Of a stretch of 64,000 nt of DNA, positions 31,546 to 42,476 are shown piece after piece. Location of the stretch: NCBI GenBank assembly GCA_963666205.1, contig OY762654.1, forward strand, positions 448,001 to 512,000. The letters are read 5' to 3'. Both the position numbers and the translations under genes were made by a program. The number at the start of each line of letters is the position of its first letter. The first letter of the stretch is position 1. The stretch comes from Synergistales bacterium (lineage in GTDB: Bacteria; Synergistota; Synergistia; Synergistales; JAFGMB01). The notes under the pieces were generated by a model, which was not told the DNA's origin, made no database searches, and was given only the letters and a program-made list of their open reading frames with translations.

Positions 31546-32457
31546 TCAAACATAATCTCCGGCAAGATGCATTTCAATCTGCCGTATCACAATATTTTTC
31601 TTAAGTATCCAGTCTGGAGCTACTAACCAGGGATACCTGGCATCTGCAGTAAGTCTCTGAATAATTATTGAGGATGGAATTACCCCGATTGCACACGCAA
31701 CCCGTCTTGCATATTCGTCCAATTGCAGAGGGATATAACTTCCATCCAGAAAATATTGCTCCAGTCTGGTTCCCCTTAGAACATGAAGGGGATGAAATTT
31801 CAGAGCCGTGATCCCCCTTTCTACGAGCCACTTGGCTGAAAGGGAAAGTTGTTCTGGAGTTTCGTTCTTTATTCCTGAGATCAGATGTGCACACGTCGAT
31901 ATGGGTAGCGAAGAAATCCTCTCAAGGGTATCCTCGACAGAAGAGAGAGTGTGTCCCCTGTTAAGCCAGTTCAACCCTTCTTCATTTATAGTCTGAACTC
32001 CCAATTCAAGCCAGACTTCATACCCCTTATCAGACAGATCAACAAGAAAACCGAGAAATTCATCCGGGACCATATCGGGTCTGGTTCCCAAAGCAACCCC
32101 TACAACCTCTGTTCTCTTTCCGGCAATTTCTAACGCATTCTGAACTGTTTCTCTTAAAAGGGGAAGGGGTAGATTCGTTGAGGTGTAGCTCTGAAAATAG
32201 AGAATGGTCTTGTGAGCATGATAGCGGTACAATGCCACTCTAACCCCCCTGCTGATCTGTTCATCAAGAGCAAGGGATTCAAGCCAGGCACCGCTTCCAC
32301 CTCCTCTTGCATCACAAAATATACATCCGCCTTTTTCAAGCCCATCACGATGTGGACACCCGGCACCGATATCCAGGCTTATCTTTTGAACTCTTTCTCC
32401 GTACTTATCTTTAAGAACAGTTGACCATTTACAATAAAGGGGCAAGTCAGGGGACAA
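31546..32457 (-). CDS. TIGR01212/YhcC family radical SAM protein
   Basis: CPHRDG....GCIFC, YFQSYTST, GTRPD and WLELGVQT. Confidence 0.92.
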   Translation of the reverse strand: MSPDLPLYCKWSTVLKDKYGERVQKISLDIGAGCPHRDGLEKGGCIFCDARGGGSGAWLESLALDEQISRGVRVALYRYHAHKTILYFQSYTSTNLPLPLLRETVQNALEIAGKRTEVVGVALGTRPDMVPDEFLGFLVDLSDKGYEVWLELGVQTINEEGLNWLNRGHTLSSVEDTLERISSLPISTCAHLISGIKNETPEQLSLSAKWLVERGITALKFHPLHVLRGTRLEQYFLDGSYIPLQLDEYARRVACAIGVIPSSIIIQRLTADARYPWLVAPDWILKKNIVIRQIEMHLAGDYV

Positions 32458-32499
32458 GTGTTAATCCTCCATTAAGATTATTTTTCATAAATATTAAAA

Positions 32500-33414
32500 T
32501 CAGTAAAGGGCTGTTATAAGTTCTTTAAGCTTCGCTATATGAGAAGGTCTTGTACCACAGCAACCCCCCACTACTGTAGCACCTAGTCGGAGCCATTGCT
32601 CTACATGTAAGGAATATTGTTGAGGGTCAAGATCATCCCTTATTCCTATCAATGCATTGTTTTCACTATCAAGCACCCAGTCTTGAGGAATTTGCTGGAA
32701 AGTATTTGCATATCCTCCAGTGAACGCTAATCCTGTTTTCACAAGGTCTGGTAAAGCTGCCGTAATACTCTCAGGAGAACAGCAGTTAGCCAGGACTCCT
32801 GAAACAGGAACATCTTCAAGGACAGCAAAAGCCTCAGAGATCGTTTCTGAACTTCTGAGCCTTCCACTTCTATCCTCATGAAGAGTCCATGAAACCCATA
32901 CAGGTTTGCCTGTTTTAGAGGAGGCCCTTGCCGCAGCAAGTCCCTCCTCTGCACAAGACATGGTTTCACATAAAAAAAAGTCTACATAGGGTGCCATAAT
33001 AGAGGTCTGTTCATCATAGAGTGCTTCAATCTCATCACAAGATCCAACAAGATCCGGTCTATAACTCCCCTTGAGAGGTGGAATAGACCCGGCAATAAGA
33101 ATATCCTGACCCGACATCTCCTTTGCTTCGATCGCTAATTTACATGCAAGGATATTCAGCTCTTCAAAACGGTCCTGGAAACCCTCCAGTCCCAGGTTCT
33201 GCTTTATCACTCCGTAGGTATTGGTAGTTATGATGTCTGATCCTGCATTAATATAGTCAAGATGGATCTGACGCACTACTTGCGGTGCAACTATCAACGC
33301 ATTGGCAGACCAGATCGTATCCAGTATCTGTACTCCCCTGAAACGCAATTCCCTGCCCATTCCTCCGTCAAGAAGAAGAGGCTTTTCCCTCCATTGGAAC
33401 AATTTATCAGTCAC
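32500..33414 (-). CDS. Homocysteine S-methyltransferase family protein
   Basis: LLDGGMGREL, ANCC and GGCCGTRP zinc motifs. Confidence 0.92.
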   Translation of the reverse strand: MTDKLFQWREKPLLLDGGMGRELRFRGVQILDTIWSANALIVAPQVVRQIHLDYINAGSDIITTNTYGVIKQNLGLEGFQDRFEELNILACKLAIEAKEMSGQDILIAGSIPPLKGSYRPDLVGSCDEIEALYDEQTSIMAPYVDFFLCETMSCAEEGLAAARASSKTGKPVWVSWTLHEDRSGRLRSSETISEAFAVLEDVPVSGVLANCCSPESITAALPDLVKTGLAFTGGYANTFQQIPQDWVLDSENNALIGIRDDLDPQQYSLHVEQWLRLGATVVGGCCGTRPSHIAKLKELITALY

Positions 33415-33470
33415 TGGATCCTCTCCCTTCCTCTGATTGGGGTTGACAGTATCTCATTCAGACACCTTGA

Positions 33471-34157
33471 TCAGGCTGCATTTCCATTAAGCCTTGTATC
33501 CATATTTACCTCGGCTTCAGTAAATACTATGCGGATCTTTTCAGCCCCGAAAGAACGGGCGATGCCTTCCAGTGTATTACGGGCTGAAGCCCTCACATCT
33601 TCCTGATATTTTATTAGAAGATCATGGGCATTATTGCTCACCATCTTCATAGCTTCAGAAAAAAGTCTGTTCTTTTCCTCCACGCTAAAAGAACGACCAA
33701 GGGGACCATTAATAATATCAGGAAAGAATATGGGTAAGAATTTAGATTTCTGTTCATCGTAAAATGATAGATCCTTAAGCGCCACATCACAGGATGGAAC
33801 AGGCATGGTTACAGTAAAACCATGCTCAGGTTCGGAAGAAATAGAGAAACCTGGGTCCCGGAGATCGTATGTGAAGTTCATGGAAAACTCAAAGATCATT
33901 ATTATTCGTTTCCGAGTAAATATCCAATCCGGAAGGATCTTCCCCATCATACCTTCAAAAGCGTTCTCCTCCACTGTAACTATTTCCTTGGATATTATCT
34001 TGAAAACCAGAAGTTTTCCCAGAGAACGGAAACTATCCAGACAGGAATGGATCAGCGTCCTCGTTTTTTGCTTCCTTCGACACGCGATTAAAAAACCTGT
34101 AAAAAGACCCACTAATCCTATCAACAATGCGGCAAGTAAAAAAAACTGGAAACCCAT
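33471..34157 (-). CDS. DUF4230-like membrane-anchored protein
   Basis: N-terminal TM helix, FTYDL and C-terminal A...ARNTLE pattern. Confidence 0.65.
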   Translation of the reverse strand: MGFQFFLLAALLIGLVGLFTGFLIACRRKQKTRTLIHSCLDSFRSLGKLLVFKIISKEIVTVEENAFEGMMGKILPDWIFTRKRIIMIFEFSMNFTYDLRDPGFSISSEPEHGFTVTMPVPSCDVALKDLSFYDEQKSKFLPIFFPDIINGPLGRSFSVEEKNRLFSEAMKMVSNNAHDLLIKYQEDVRASARNTLEGIARSFGAEKIRIVFTEAEVNMDTRLNGNAA

Positions 34158-34248
34158 CGGAAAGATTCTCCTTTCAGATTTATGTTATCATCCCTGGATA
34201 TTCTATATCTTGCATCCTTAAAGGCTTTAAAACACATCAAACAGCAAA

Positions 34249-36963
34249 TCAGTCATGTTCACTTATTAACCCAAGCATAGGAGATAATATTAACACCGTT
34301 GTAACGAAACAAGTCGCAACTCCAATAAACATGGCCCCTCCAAAACCCGCAAATCCTCTGTATATGGAGAAGATAAGGGAACCAAAAGCAAGCATATCGG
34401 TAAGGCTGGTTAAAAGTATAGCCTTTCCTGTGCTGGAAAAAACCTGGGAAAGGCTCCCTTTTCCTTCCATAAGCCATCGATGAAGAACATACACTCCATC
34501 GTCTATACCTATCCCCAGAATAAGAGGGAGTACCATTATATTGATTACAGTAAGCTTCATTCCGAGAAGATACATAATTCCAACCATCCATACCAGGCCA
34601 GTCGCCAGGGGTATCATTGCTATCAGAGCATAACGAATTTTTCTGAAATCAGCCCAGAGTAAAATGAAAACTACAAATATGGTTAAAATAACCGCATTTC
34701 TTCCATCCTTGCCCATTATTTTCATCAGAGCCCGGAAGATGGGTGGCATTCCAGTAGCCTTCTGACTGATCCTCTCCAGGTCATCGACAAACCTGTTAAG
34801 GAACCTTGCGTCTTTCCAGATATCCCCAATTGGATAAACTGTAACGAGGAAACTATCTCTCTTTATGTTTGAGTATCGATTAAGTATGGATTCCGGCAAT
34901 TCTGTCATACCGATAGTCCCACCACTCCCCATTTTGAGAACTGAATCCCTGAAATAGGGAGAAAACTGACGTTCAAAATCCAACAGACCCTGAAATCCTT
35001 TCGTTTCATCACTTTCCAAGTCCATGAAAAAAGAAGAGAAGAGATTCTTTGTTTCTGGATCATCGGGATAACCCACTATTTCAGAACACTTTGCATCAAC
35101 TCTATCCTGGCCGCCCAGATAAGCCAGATCCTGCATCTCCATTATGTTCATTTCCAGTCTGTTTAACTCCTGAACAAGACTTTCCAGATCTTTCGGCTCC
35201 CTTAATCCATAGGGCAATGACCTTTTCATCTCCATGATTATTTCTTTTACGTAATTGATCCTCTTCTGCTGTTCTTCCTGAGGAGGAATGTACAGGGAAA
35301 TATCCTCTACCATAGCAACAGTGGGGAGAAACCTGGCCTTCTCAGCAAGGAAGGAAGATCCTTCAGGATTATCAGCAATGAACATGGAATAATCAATGCT
35401 GAAATCGAATTTATCCAGTATGGTGTCATAAAGCTCGACTGAAGTAAGTCCCTTTGGTTCAAGGTTCATGTAATTCTGATCAAAAGTTATTTTAACCCCT
35501 TCGTAAGCCAATAATGATGTAATAAGAGTTACAAGAACAAGAATTCTCTTCGGATAAAGATTCAAATAAGAAGAGAAGTTGCCCAGCGGTCTTAAAGAAA
35601 TATCCCTACTTTTCGTGATTGTAGATACTTGCTTCTGCCCTTTTCTTTCAAGCCACTTTTCCCTGAGAACAAGAAGAGAGGGAAGAAAAAGAAAAGTTAC
35701 TATCATTACGGAAATAAGACCACAACCCATTACAATTCCCATTTCCCTCATTCCCCTGGTACTGCTTATTGAAAGAGTCAGAAATGCGGCACTAGTGGTA
35801 AATCCTCCTGTAATTATTCCGTTTCCACATTTGATGAAACTATTTAAAAGGGAGCTCTCTATTGATACGCCCAGGCAACGCTCCTCCGTGAAAACCGAAA
35901 TAAGATGGATGGAAAAATCTATTCCAAGACCAAGCAACACAACTCCGGTCATGGAAGTCATAATATTAAGATTACCCACCACCAGGAATGCTGCGCCCAT
36001 AGCCCATATCACCCCAACAACAAGATTAGCAATGGCAAGAGCAGGCGCGACTGTCATTCTGAATGCAAAAGCCAGAAGTATGAAGATGGCTACAATCGCG
36101 ATTATGGAAGTATATCCAAGACTTTTAGTGGTGTAGATCATTTCGTCATGCTGTATAACAGGCATCCCTGTAAGTCCAGCTGTTATACCTGGAAAGCGGG
36201 TCAGGGTTATATCAACTGCTTTCTGGATCGCTCCTATCCCGGGAACAAGGCGGTCCATCTCAACCATGGTGAAATTAGGGACCACATCGATAATAAGGGC
36301 CTTTTTATCATAAGAAAGGATATAAGGTTCTCCCACAAGTAGCCTGTCCACAGCTTCTCTGGATCGTTTTTCTGAAATTCTCCCATCCCGTACTGCCTTC
36401 GTTAAAGCCTCCAGGAAAAAAGAAATCCCATCAAGAAAGTTAACAGCACGATCTTCTTTCTCTCGTGTTGAAAGAGATTCCTCCTTTCCTATGTATTCTT
36501 TTTCAAGACTGTTATTAAGGTTTCGAACGACCCTGGGCAGATTGGATGACTTGAAAATATCAGTGATGTTTTCCAGATATTCCGATTTGATCATCATTAG
36601 CCCGTTCCCGTGCATAAATTCAACTTCTCTTTTATAATTTACTCTCTGCACATAGGGTTTTCCTTCTTCATCCTGGAGCTCTCGAATGTTGGGAACCAGT
36701 ATTTCCGCAAATTCCTTTATATCTTGTTCCTTTCCCTGAACTACAATAATAACGCTGCTGGATGAAACAAAATTCTTTATAACCCTGTCGAATTCTAATG
36801 TTCTCGGATCATCCGAGGGAAGCAGATCTGACCAGCCCATGGATTGTTCAAGCCGTGTGGCCAGGAAGAGGGAAAATATGGTCACAATCCCGATGACACA
36901 TAACATTTTCAGAGGATGTCTTGAATGCCATTCAGAAAGCAGAATAAATATTTTCTCCCTCAT
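34249..36963 (-). CDS. MMPL/RND family transporter
   Basis: Two TM repeats with GLGIDFSIH and GIGIDDGVY. Confidence 0.92.
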   Translation of the reverse strand: MREKIFILLSEWHSRHPLKMLCVIGIVTIFSLFLATRLEQSMGWSDLLPSDDPRTLEFDRVIKNFVSSSSVIIVVQGKEQDIKEFAEILVPNIRELQDEEGKPYVQRVNYKREVEFMHGNGLMMIKSEYLENITDIFKSSNLPRVVRNLNNSLEKEYIGKEESLSTREKEDRAVNFLDGISFFLEALTKAVRDGRISEKRSREAVDRLLVGEPYILSYDKKALIIDVVPNFTMVEMDRLVPGIGAIQKAVDITLTRFPGITAGLTGMPVIQHDEMIYTTKSLGYTSIIAIVAIFILLAFAFRMTVAPALAIANLVVGVIWAMGAAFLVVGNLNIMTSMTGVVLLGLGIDFSIHLISVFTEERCLGVSIESSLLNSFIKCGNGIITGGFTTSAAFLTLSISSTRGMREMGIVMGCGLISVMIVTFLFLPSLLVLREKWLERKGQKQVSTITKSRDISLRPLGNFSSYLNLYPKRILVLVTLITSLLAYEGVKITFDQNYMNLEPKGLTSVELYDTILDKFDFSIDYSMFIADNPEGSSFLAEKARFLPTVAMVEDISLYIPPQEEQQKRINYVKEIIMEMKRSLPYGLREPKDLESLVQELNRLEMNIMEMQDLAYLGGQDRVDAKCSEIVGYPDDPETKNLFSSFFMDLESDETKGFQGLLDFERQFSPYFRDSVLKMGSGGTIGMTELPESILNRYSNIKRDSFLVTVYPIGDIWKDARFLNRFVDDLERISQKATGMPPIFRALMKIMGKDGRNAVILTIFVVFILLWADFRKIRYALIAMIPLATGLVWMVGIMYLLGMKLTVINIMVLPLILGIGIDDGVYVLHRWLMEGKGSLSQVFSSTGKAILLTSLTDMLAFGSLIFSIYRGFAGFGGAMFIGVATCFVTTVLILSPMLGLISEHD

Positions 36964-36983
36964 GAACCGCCACTTCTCCTATC

Positions 36984-38246
36984 TCAGAAATACCAGGTCA
37001 AACGCATCAGGAGGCCCTTCCCCAATTCTCCTGAATAAACCGTATCATCTTTACCGAGATTGATTCCTCCAAAGATTTCCAGATAAAGGTCGTTAGCAAG
37101 ACTGTAATCAATAACCGGGATCAGAGCTACACTCCCATCAGAAAGACTAGATATAACTGACATCCCGATATTCATAAGATCCGTCACTGGATAGTATCCA
37201 TAAAGGTAAAGATTGTCCTTTGATATAGCTTTTGTTTCTCCTGTAAAGAATCTCATCCACGAGTTCAAGTCATAATCTGACGAATTCTTATTGCCAGGGC
37301 TTGAGTGGAAATATTCCATTAGCATATAAAAACCGTTTCGCCATGTATAATCACCGCCGATAACAAATTCATAATAGTCCGCATTTCGTTCAAGCCAGTT
37401 GTAAGCTCCTTCAAACCATAGACCTATACCAAAGGCTTCTCCAGCCATATCAAAACCGATGATCTTCCTTTTTTCCCTCGTTGCGGAAAAACTTTCATAA
37501 TCTGTAAAACTCCAGTATCTACGTCCTAAAATGAGGGAATAATCGAAATGACCTAATGTGGTTTTATAGCACAATAACATACCAGGCTCATGTGTTGAAT
37601 CCTCAATATCATATAGAAACATGATCCTTTGTGAGAGGGACAGTGGGTAATCTATCCTGAGGGCTTTATGTCCTTTTTTTTCATCTGTAGGATCCACAAG
37701 ATTCTTTACATTAAAAAGATCTGTCGGATTCCAGGCATATCCACTTCCAAAACTGATCTGCTGTTTCCCGATCGTTACGTCAAATTCCGAAAATATATAT
37801 TTAATAAAAAGGTTATCCCATGTAAGATCATTCTCAAGAGAATAGTCAAAAAGGTATCTGGAAGCAGAATCTACTGATCTTTCGATACTGTCAGGCATAT
37901 TATTAAGGAAGTTCCCATAATTATCACCCTGGTAAACAAGAAGGTTCACATTTCCCCCTATAAAGAAACCGGGATACAGTAGAGATTCAAAATCAAGCCG
38001 TAGTTTATTCATGAACAGAATATCAGAGGGGTTAGAATCACTTGCGCTGAGTTCGCTTCGCAAATACCCGAAAAAATTAACTGATTCAGCACTCGCAGTA
38101 TCAATAAAAAGAAGTATAGACAAGCAACCAAGAAAAACACAGTAAAGGAACCTGGTCACTTTGTTTTTTAATATACTAGTGACTGGAATTAGAAACAAAG
38201 ATAGAGTAAGCAAGCAATGACATGGAATGACTTTATCCATGATCAT
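36984..38246 (-). CDS. Putative outer-membrane beta-barrel protein (start uncertain)
   Basis: IGKQQISFGSGYAWNPTD motif, C-terminal aromatic (..LTWYF), lies between LolA-like and MMPL genes. Confidence 0.7.
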   Translation of the reverse strand: MIMDKVIPCHCLLTLSLFLIPVTSILKNKVTRFLYCVFLGCLSILLFIDTASAESVNFFGYLRSELSASDSNPSDILFMNKLRLDFESLLYPGFFIGGNVNLLVYQGDNYGNFLNNMPDSIERSVDSASRYLFDYSLENDLTWDNLFIKYIFSEFDVTIGKQQISFGSGYAWNPTDLFNVKNLVDPTDEKKGHKALRIDYPLSLSQRIMFLYDIEDSTHEPGMLLCYKTTLGHFDYSLILGRRYWSFTDYESFSATREKRKIIGFDMAGEAFGIGLWFEGAYNWLERNADYYEFVIGGDYTWRNGFYMLMEYFHSSPGNKNSSDYDLNSWMRFFTGETKAISKDNLYLYGYYPVTDLMNIGMSVISSLSDGSVALIPVIDYSLANDLYLEIFGGINLGKDDTVYSGELGKGLLMRLTWYF

Positions 38247-39013
38247 TTGCGAAGAGCCCGCTCGGTAAACATTTCATCGCTCAGTTCAAGACCATAATCT
38301 ACCTTGATAAGTTCCATCAGGGTTTCAGTAAAGTCCAGTTCATTCTTCATGGTCATTTTAGTAGCGGTTGGAATTTCCTGGATAATTCTAATGTCTTCCA
38401 TAAGCAGTATCTTTGACGGAATATCAGGGTAATCATCTTCAAAATACTCTATAACAAGGGGGAAGAAATCGCTCTTTCGAATCCACATAACAACTTTCAG
38501 ATATGACGAATCACTGGAAGGAAGACGATCAAGACGGACCCTGTAGCAGGCTTCTTCTCCTTTAACCTGGTCTGCAAGTCTGAAAGCATCAAAATCTGTA
38601 ATAAATGTGTCTCCACTACCCATATCTTCATATGAAAAATCACTGCCCTGCATTTTCTGCCTTTTTGCATGGGTAGCAAGTTTCCTGACTCTTTTGGTTC
38701 TGGGAAAATACATCCAGATGTCATCTGCATTGTTTAGCATTAATATCGCCTGACCCCTTGCCCTGGATGGCTCAATGTATCGAATAAGATTTTTTTCTCC
38801 CCTGTCTTTTGCCCAACTTTCGAATTCGAAAGTCCGAAACTGTCCGGACGAAGTCTGGATGACCATTCTGGTTCTGGTGAATCCAGATTCCTGGTTTAAT
38901 ATTTCGTTGACTTTCCTTATTATTTCCACACCAGAAAGGTCTTGTGCGTAAACAGACGATGCTACGAGAATAAACAAGGTGATTAAAACGATCCAAAAGA
39001 GATATTTTCTCAT
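38243..39013 (-). CDS. Outer-membrane lipoprotein-sorting (LolA-like) protein
   Basis: Signal peptide, DDIWMYFP..KRVRK and GSDFSYED. Confidence 0.88.
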   Translation of the reverse strand: MRKYLFWIVLITLFILVASSVYAQDLSGVEIIRKVNEILNQESGFTRTRMVIQTSSGQFRTFEFESWAKDRGEKNLIRYIEPSRARGQAILMLNNADDIWMYFPRTKRVRKLATHAKRQKMQGSDFSYEDMGSGDTFITDFDAFRLADQVKGEEACYRVRLDRLPSSDSSYLKVVMWIRKSDFFPLVIEYFEDDYPDIPSKILLMEDIRIIQEIPTATKMTMKNELDFTETLMELIKVDYGLELSDEMFTERALRK

Positions 39014-39298
39014 TTTATCCACTCTTTCCCCATTTTCAGGATAGAAGATCATATAATGGTATCAATTCAAAAAAAACCAGGTAAAACTTGAATTATCAGA
39101 TATTTAGAATAGATAATGGGAATTAGTTTGATCTTTAAGTACCTGTCATAAAAAGAAATTAAACTTCATCTATATTTTACGACACCGCGTCACCATAGTA
39201 AACTTTATCCCCCATTTGGTTCCCTGTATTAAATCTAGGATATGAAAAGTATAATGGGAAACAGTTGTTTATAAAGAATATATTGATATGGAGCAGTC

Positions 39299-39766
39299 AT
39301 GCTGGATAACATTGAATTCAGAGTTTGTAACAGGGGGAATATCCCTGAAATAGAAAATATTGAGCAGACCTGCTTTGCTACAGATGCATGGTCACATGAT
39401 TTCATAACCTATGCTCTGGGAATTTTCCTTGTAACAGGTTTATTCTACAGGGATGAAATGATCGGTTATGGCGCTTGTCATAATAGAGGCAGATTTCTAT
39501 ATATTGATAACCTTGCGATACTCCCCTCTTACAGAAACAGGGGCTTTGGTACCCTTTTCATGCGTTATTTTTTCAGGATAGCCATGGAGAAGAACTGCAC
39601 AGGAGCTCTTCTACAGGTGAATATCAACAACAGTTCCGCCATAGCAATGTATCAGAAGATTGGGTTCAAAACTGTAAGATTGCTTAAAGGTTATTACAGA
39701 AGGAAAAAAGGCAAGAACGAAGATGCTCTATTAATGAAAGCGGAAATGATGCATGAACTGGATTAA
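39299..39766 (+). CDS. RimI-like GNAT acetyltransferase
   Basis: YRNRGFG and N..AIAMYQKIGF...YY...EDALLM. Confidence 0.85.
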   Translation: MLDNIEFRVCNRGNIPEIENIEQTCFATDAWSHDFITYALGIFLVTGLFYRDEMIGYGACHNRGRFLYIDNLAILPSYRNRGFGTLFMRYFFRIAMEKNCTGALLQVNINNSSAIAMYQKIGFKTVRLLKGYYRRKKGKNEDALLMKAEMMHELD

Positions 39767-39980
39767 CACTTCCATGAACAGCTCCTGTACGATAATATTG
39801 TTTTTACAGAATTATTCGACTTCCGCGATGTGAAATAGTCTGAAGAATTTTCCATACACTTATTCTGAAACTATGTCTGGCAAAATCCACTTTCCAACTA
39901 TCAAAAGAATACGAAGTGCATAATTGCAGGGAATGCCGAAAAATATTCCCTGCTGGAAGGACTACAGGAGAGTGATAAAG

Positions 39981-40472
39981 ATGGTAGAACAGAATGCTGT
40001 TATCCGTACTTGTAAACCTGGTGAACTGAGTTATATTTCATACCTGCATTGCCTGATCTATGAAAGGGAATACGGTTTCGACGGTACCTTTGAATATTAC
40101 CTGCTGGATGCTATGGCTAAATATCTTGAAGACCCTTCTGATAACAAAGGACAGGTATGGGTTGTTGAAGATTCCGGTAAGGTTGGGGGATCTATCGCTA
40201 TTGTAGAAACGGATCACCAGACAGCTCAACTCAGATGGTTTATCCTTACACCTGAATTGAGATCCAAAGGACTGGGTAAAGGATTAATGGAAAGATCCCT
40301 GGATTATTGTCGAGCAAAGGGATACAAAAAGGTTTTTCTGTGGACATTATCCCAGCTTGAAGCTGCACGCCATTTATATGAAAAGTATGGTTTCACGAAT
40401 ATGGAACAGGTTGAACACAGTATCTGGGGCCAGGAACTGATAGAAGAACGATGGGACCTGTATCTTCAGTAA
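39981..40472 (+). CDS. GNAT family N-acetyltransferase
   Basis: AQLRWF, RSKGLGK and ARHLYEKYGF. Confidence 0.9.
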   Translation: MVEQNAVIRTCKPGELSYISYLHCLIYEREYGFDGTFEYYLLDAMAKYLEDPSDNKGQVWVVEDSGKVGGSIAIVETDHQTAQLRWFILTPELRSKGLGKGLMERSLDYCRAKGYKKVFLWTLSQLEAARHLYEKYGFTNMEQVEHSIWGQELIEERWDLYLQ

Positions 40473-40582
40473 TTTCAATTAGCAACATTGTTTAAGCTGC
40501 GATCTTCATCCTTAAATTCTATCCATCTCCAGCAGCAAGGGTATTGAGTTTTTATTAAAAAAGCCTATACTGGATTCTGATT

Positions 40583-40724
40583 TATTCTCAGGGCGGGGTG
40601 CGATTCCCCACCGGCGGTATCCCGATAATTTCGGGGAGCCCGCGAGCGCTTCTTCATGCGGAGAAGGACAGCTGATCTGGTTTAATTCCAGAGCCGACGG
40701 TTATAGTCCGGAAGGAAGAGGATA
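40583..40724 (+). promoter_or_regulatory. FMN riboswitch (RFN element)
   Basis: TCAGGGCGGGGTGCGATTCCCCACCGGCGGT...GCCCGCGAGCG...GATCTGG..AATTCCAGAGCCGACGGTTATAGTCCGGA.GGAAGAG, upstream of ribB. Confidence 0.97.
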
Positions 40725-40807
40725 TCTGAGTATACTCCCTCTTGAAAATCTTTTCTTATCTCCCCTGCCCTGATTCTGGTAAAAAATATCTAGATGGAGG
40801 TTTTACC

Positions 40808-41446
40808 ATGAATCATTTTCAGTCGACCCACTTCCAGAAACAGGTCGAGATAGCCCTTGATGCATTACGCAAAGGGCAAGGGATCCTTGTTACCGATGAT
40901 GAAGACCGGGAAAATGAAGGAGACCTGGTATTTCCTGCCGAAACACTCACAGTGGAACAGATGGCTATGCTTATACGGGAATGTAGCGGTATAGTCTGTC
41001 TCTGTCTCCCCAAAGAGAAGATCCGATCTTTGGGTCTGGATATGATGGTTAGTCATAATACCAGTCGTTTTCAAACGGCATTTACAGTTTCCATTGAAGC
41101 AGCGGAAGGGGTAACAACCGGAGTTTCTGCTGCTGACAGGGTAAAAACGATCAAGTCTGCAATTTCCGAAAGCGCCAGTTCTTCAGATCTGAAAAGTCCA
41201 GGGCATGTTTTTCCGCTAAGTGCCCGTCCAGGAGGAGTTTTTGAGAGAAAGGGACATACTGAGGCAACTGTTGACCTTATGCGGCTGGCTGGACTTAGTC
41301 CATATGGAGTCCTCTGTGAACTTACAAATCCTGACGGTACCATGGCCAGAATGAAAGAGATCGAAGCTTTTGCGAAAAAAAATGGATTCCCTATCGTTAG
41401 CATAGATTCTCTTATTAAATACAGGACAGAATTTGACAGAAACTGA
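40808..41446 (+). CDS. ribB: 3,4-dihydroxy-2-butanone-4-phosphate synthase
   Basis: [26 protein letters not shown] and GHTEA. Confidence 0.97.
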   Translation: MNHFQSTHFQKQVEIALDALRKGQGILVTDDEDRENEGDLVFPAETLTVEQMAMLIRECSGIVCLCLPKEKIRSLGLDMMVSHNTSRFQTAFTVSIEAAEGVTTGVSAADRVKTIKSAISESASSSDLKSPGHVFPLSARPGGVFERKGHTEATVDLMRLAGLSPYGVLCELTNPDGTMARMKEIEAFAKKNGFPIVSIDSLIKYRTEFDRN

Positions 41447-41504
41447 CATACTTTCCTCATTTTATGATACATCGCTCTGTGTAACCTTCCTGCTTTTTCA
41501 TTAT

Positions 41505-41538
41505 CATCGCGGAGCCTTCTATAGAAGCCTCCGCGATG
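41505..41538. terminator. Hairpin between convergent ribB and HD genes
   Basis: CATCGCGGAGcCTTCT/AGAAGcCTCCGCGATG stem. Confidence 0.65.
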
Positions 41539-41568
41539 TGCTTACAGGATAACTAACCAGACCGGTCC

Positions 41569-42183
41569 CTACTCGGTTTCATATCCGTCATCTCTCAAAA
41601 AACCCTCACGGCAGGATCGATCCAGAACTTCTTCAACTTTCCCCCAGAGTGACGGTGCCCCCTGTTTTATCGGCAGCTGTCTTTCCATAACCTTGCTCTT
41701 TGGTATATCATGGAGTTTCCATGTCCCTCCTCCATTCCTGTAGTTCTGAAAGATAACCAGAAACCTGTCCATTGAATTGGCGAACCTGGATTCGGGTGTT
41801 GATGCTTCCTCAAATTCATCCCATAATTTTCGGAATTCAGAACTCTGGTCTTCCGGAAGGAGACCGAAAAGTCTTTCCGCTGCTTTTTTTTCCCTTTCAG
41901 TCTTATCCATATTACCCTCATCGTCATAACAGAATGTATCACCTGCATCTATTTCAATAACATCATGAATGAGCAGCATTTTTAAAACCTTCAGGGTATC
42001 CAGGGGCTGTGGAGCATATTCAGCAAGGAACATGGACATTACAGCAATATGCCAGGAATGCTCTGCACTGTTCTCTCTCCTGGTTCCACCAATTATTGAA
42101 TTGGCCCGGAAAATATTTTTGAGATCGTCCAAGGTTTCCAGAAATTCTATCTGTTTATCCAATCTTGCTGTATCAAGAACCAT
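41569..42183 (-). CDS. HD domain-containing hydrolase
   Basis: ENSAEHSWH, LIHD and EIDAGD. Confidence 0.9.
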   Translation of the reverse strand: MVLDTARLDKQIEFLETLDDLKNIFRANSIIGGTRRENSAEHSWHIAVMSMFLAEYAPQPLDTLKVLKMLLIHDVIEIDAGDTFCYDDEGNMDKTEREKKAAERLFGLLPEDQSSEFRKLWDEFEEASTPESRFANSMDRFLVIFQNYRNGGGTWKLHDIPKSKVMERQLPIKQGAPSLWGKVEEVLDRSCREGFLRDDGYETE

Positions 42184-42476
42184 TATTTCCCCTCCTGAAT
42201 TAAATCTAAACTTAACAATCATTCTACAATATTTGAAAAAACAACTTAACCTCAGAAATACCATATCGTATAATTTGTCGCTATAGAGAAGAATAAGATA
42301 TAATAGAGTGTAATTATTCATTAATTACCCAGTACTTTTCACGTATGCTGCTTATTCTTCGTAGATTCAACCTATTCCATTTGATCAATATAAAAATTTC
42401 ACATTATCTGAAAGGACCATCAAACGGTTTTCTGTCGGTACAGAAAATTTATTGTAATTATAAAGGGGGAATCACA

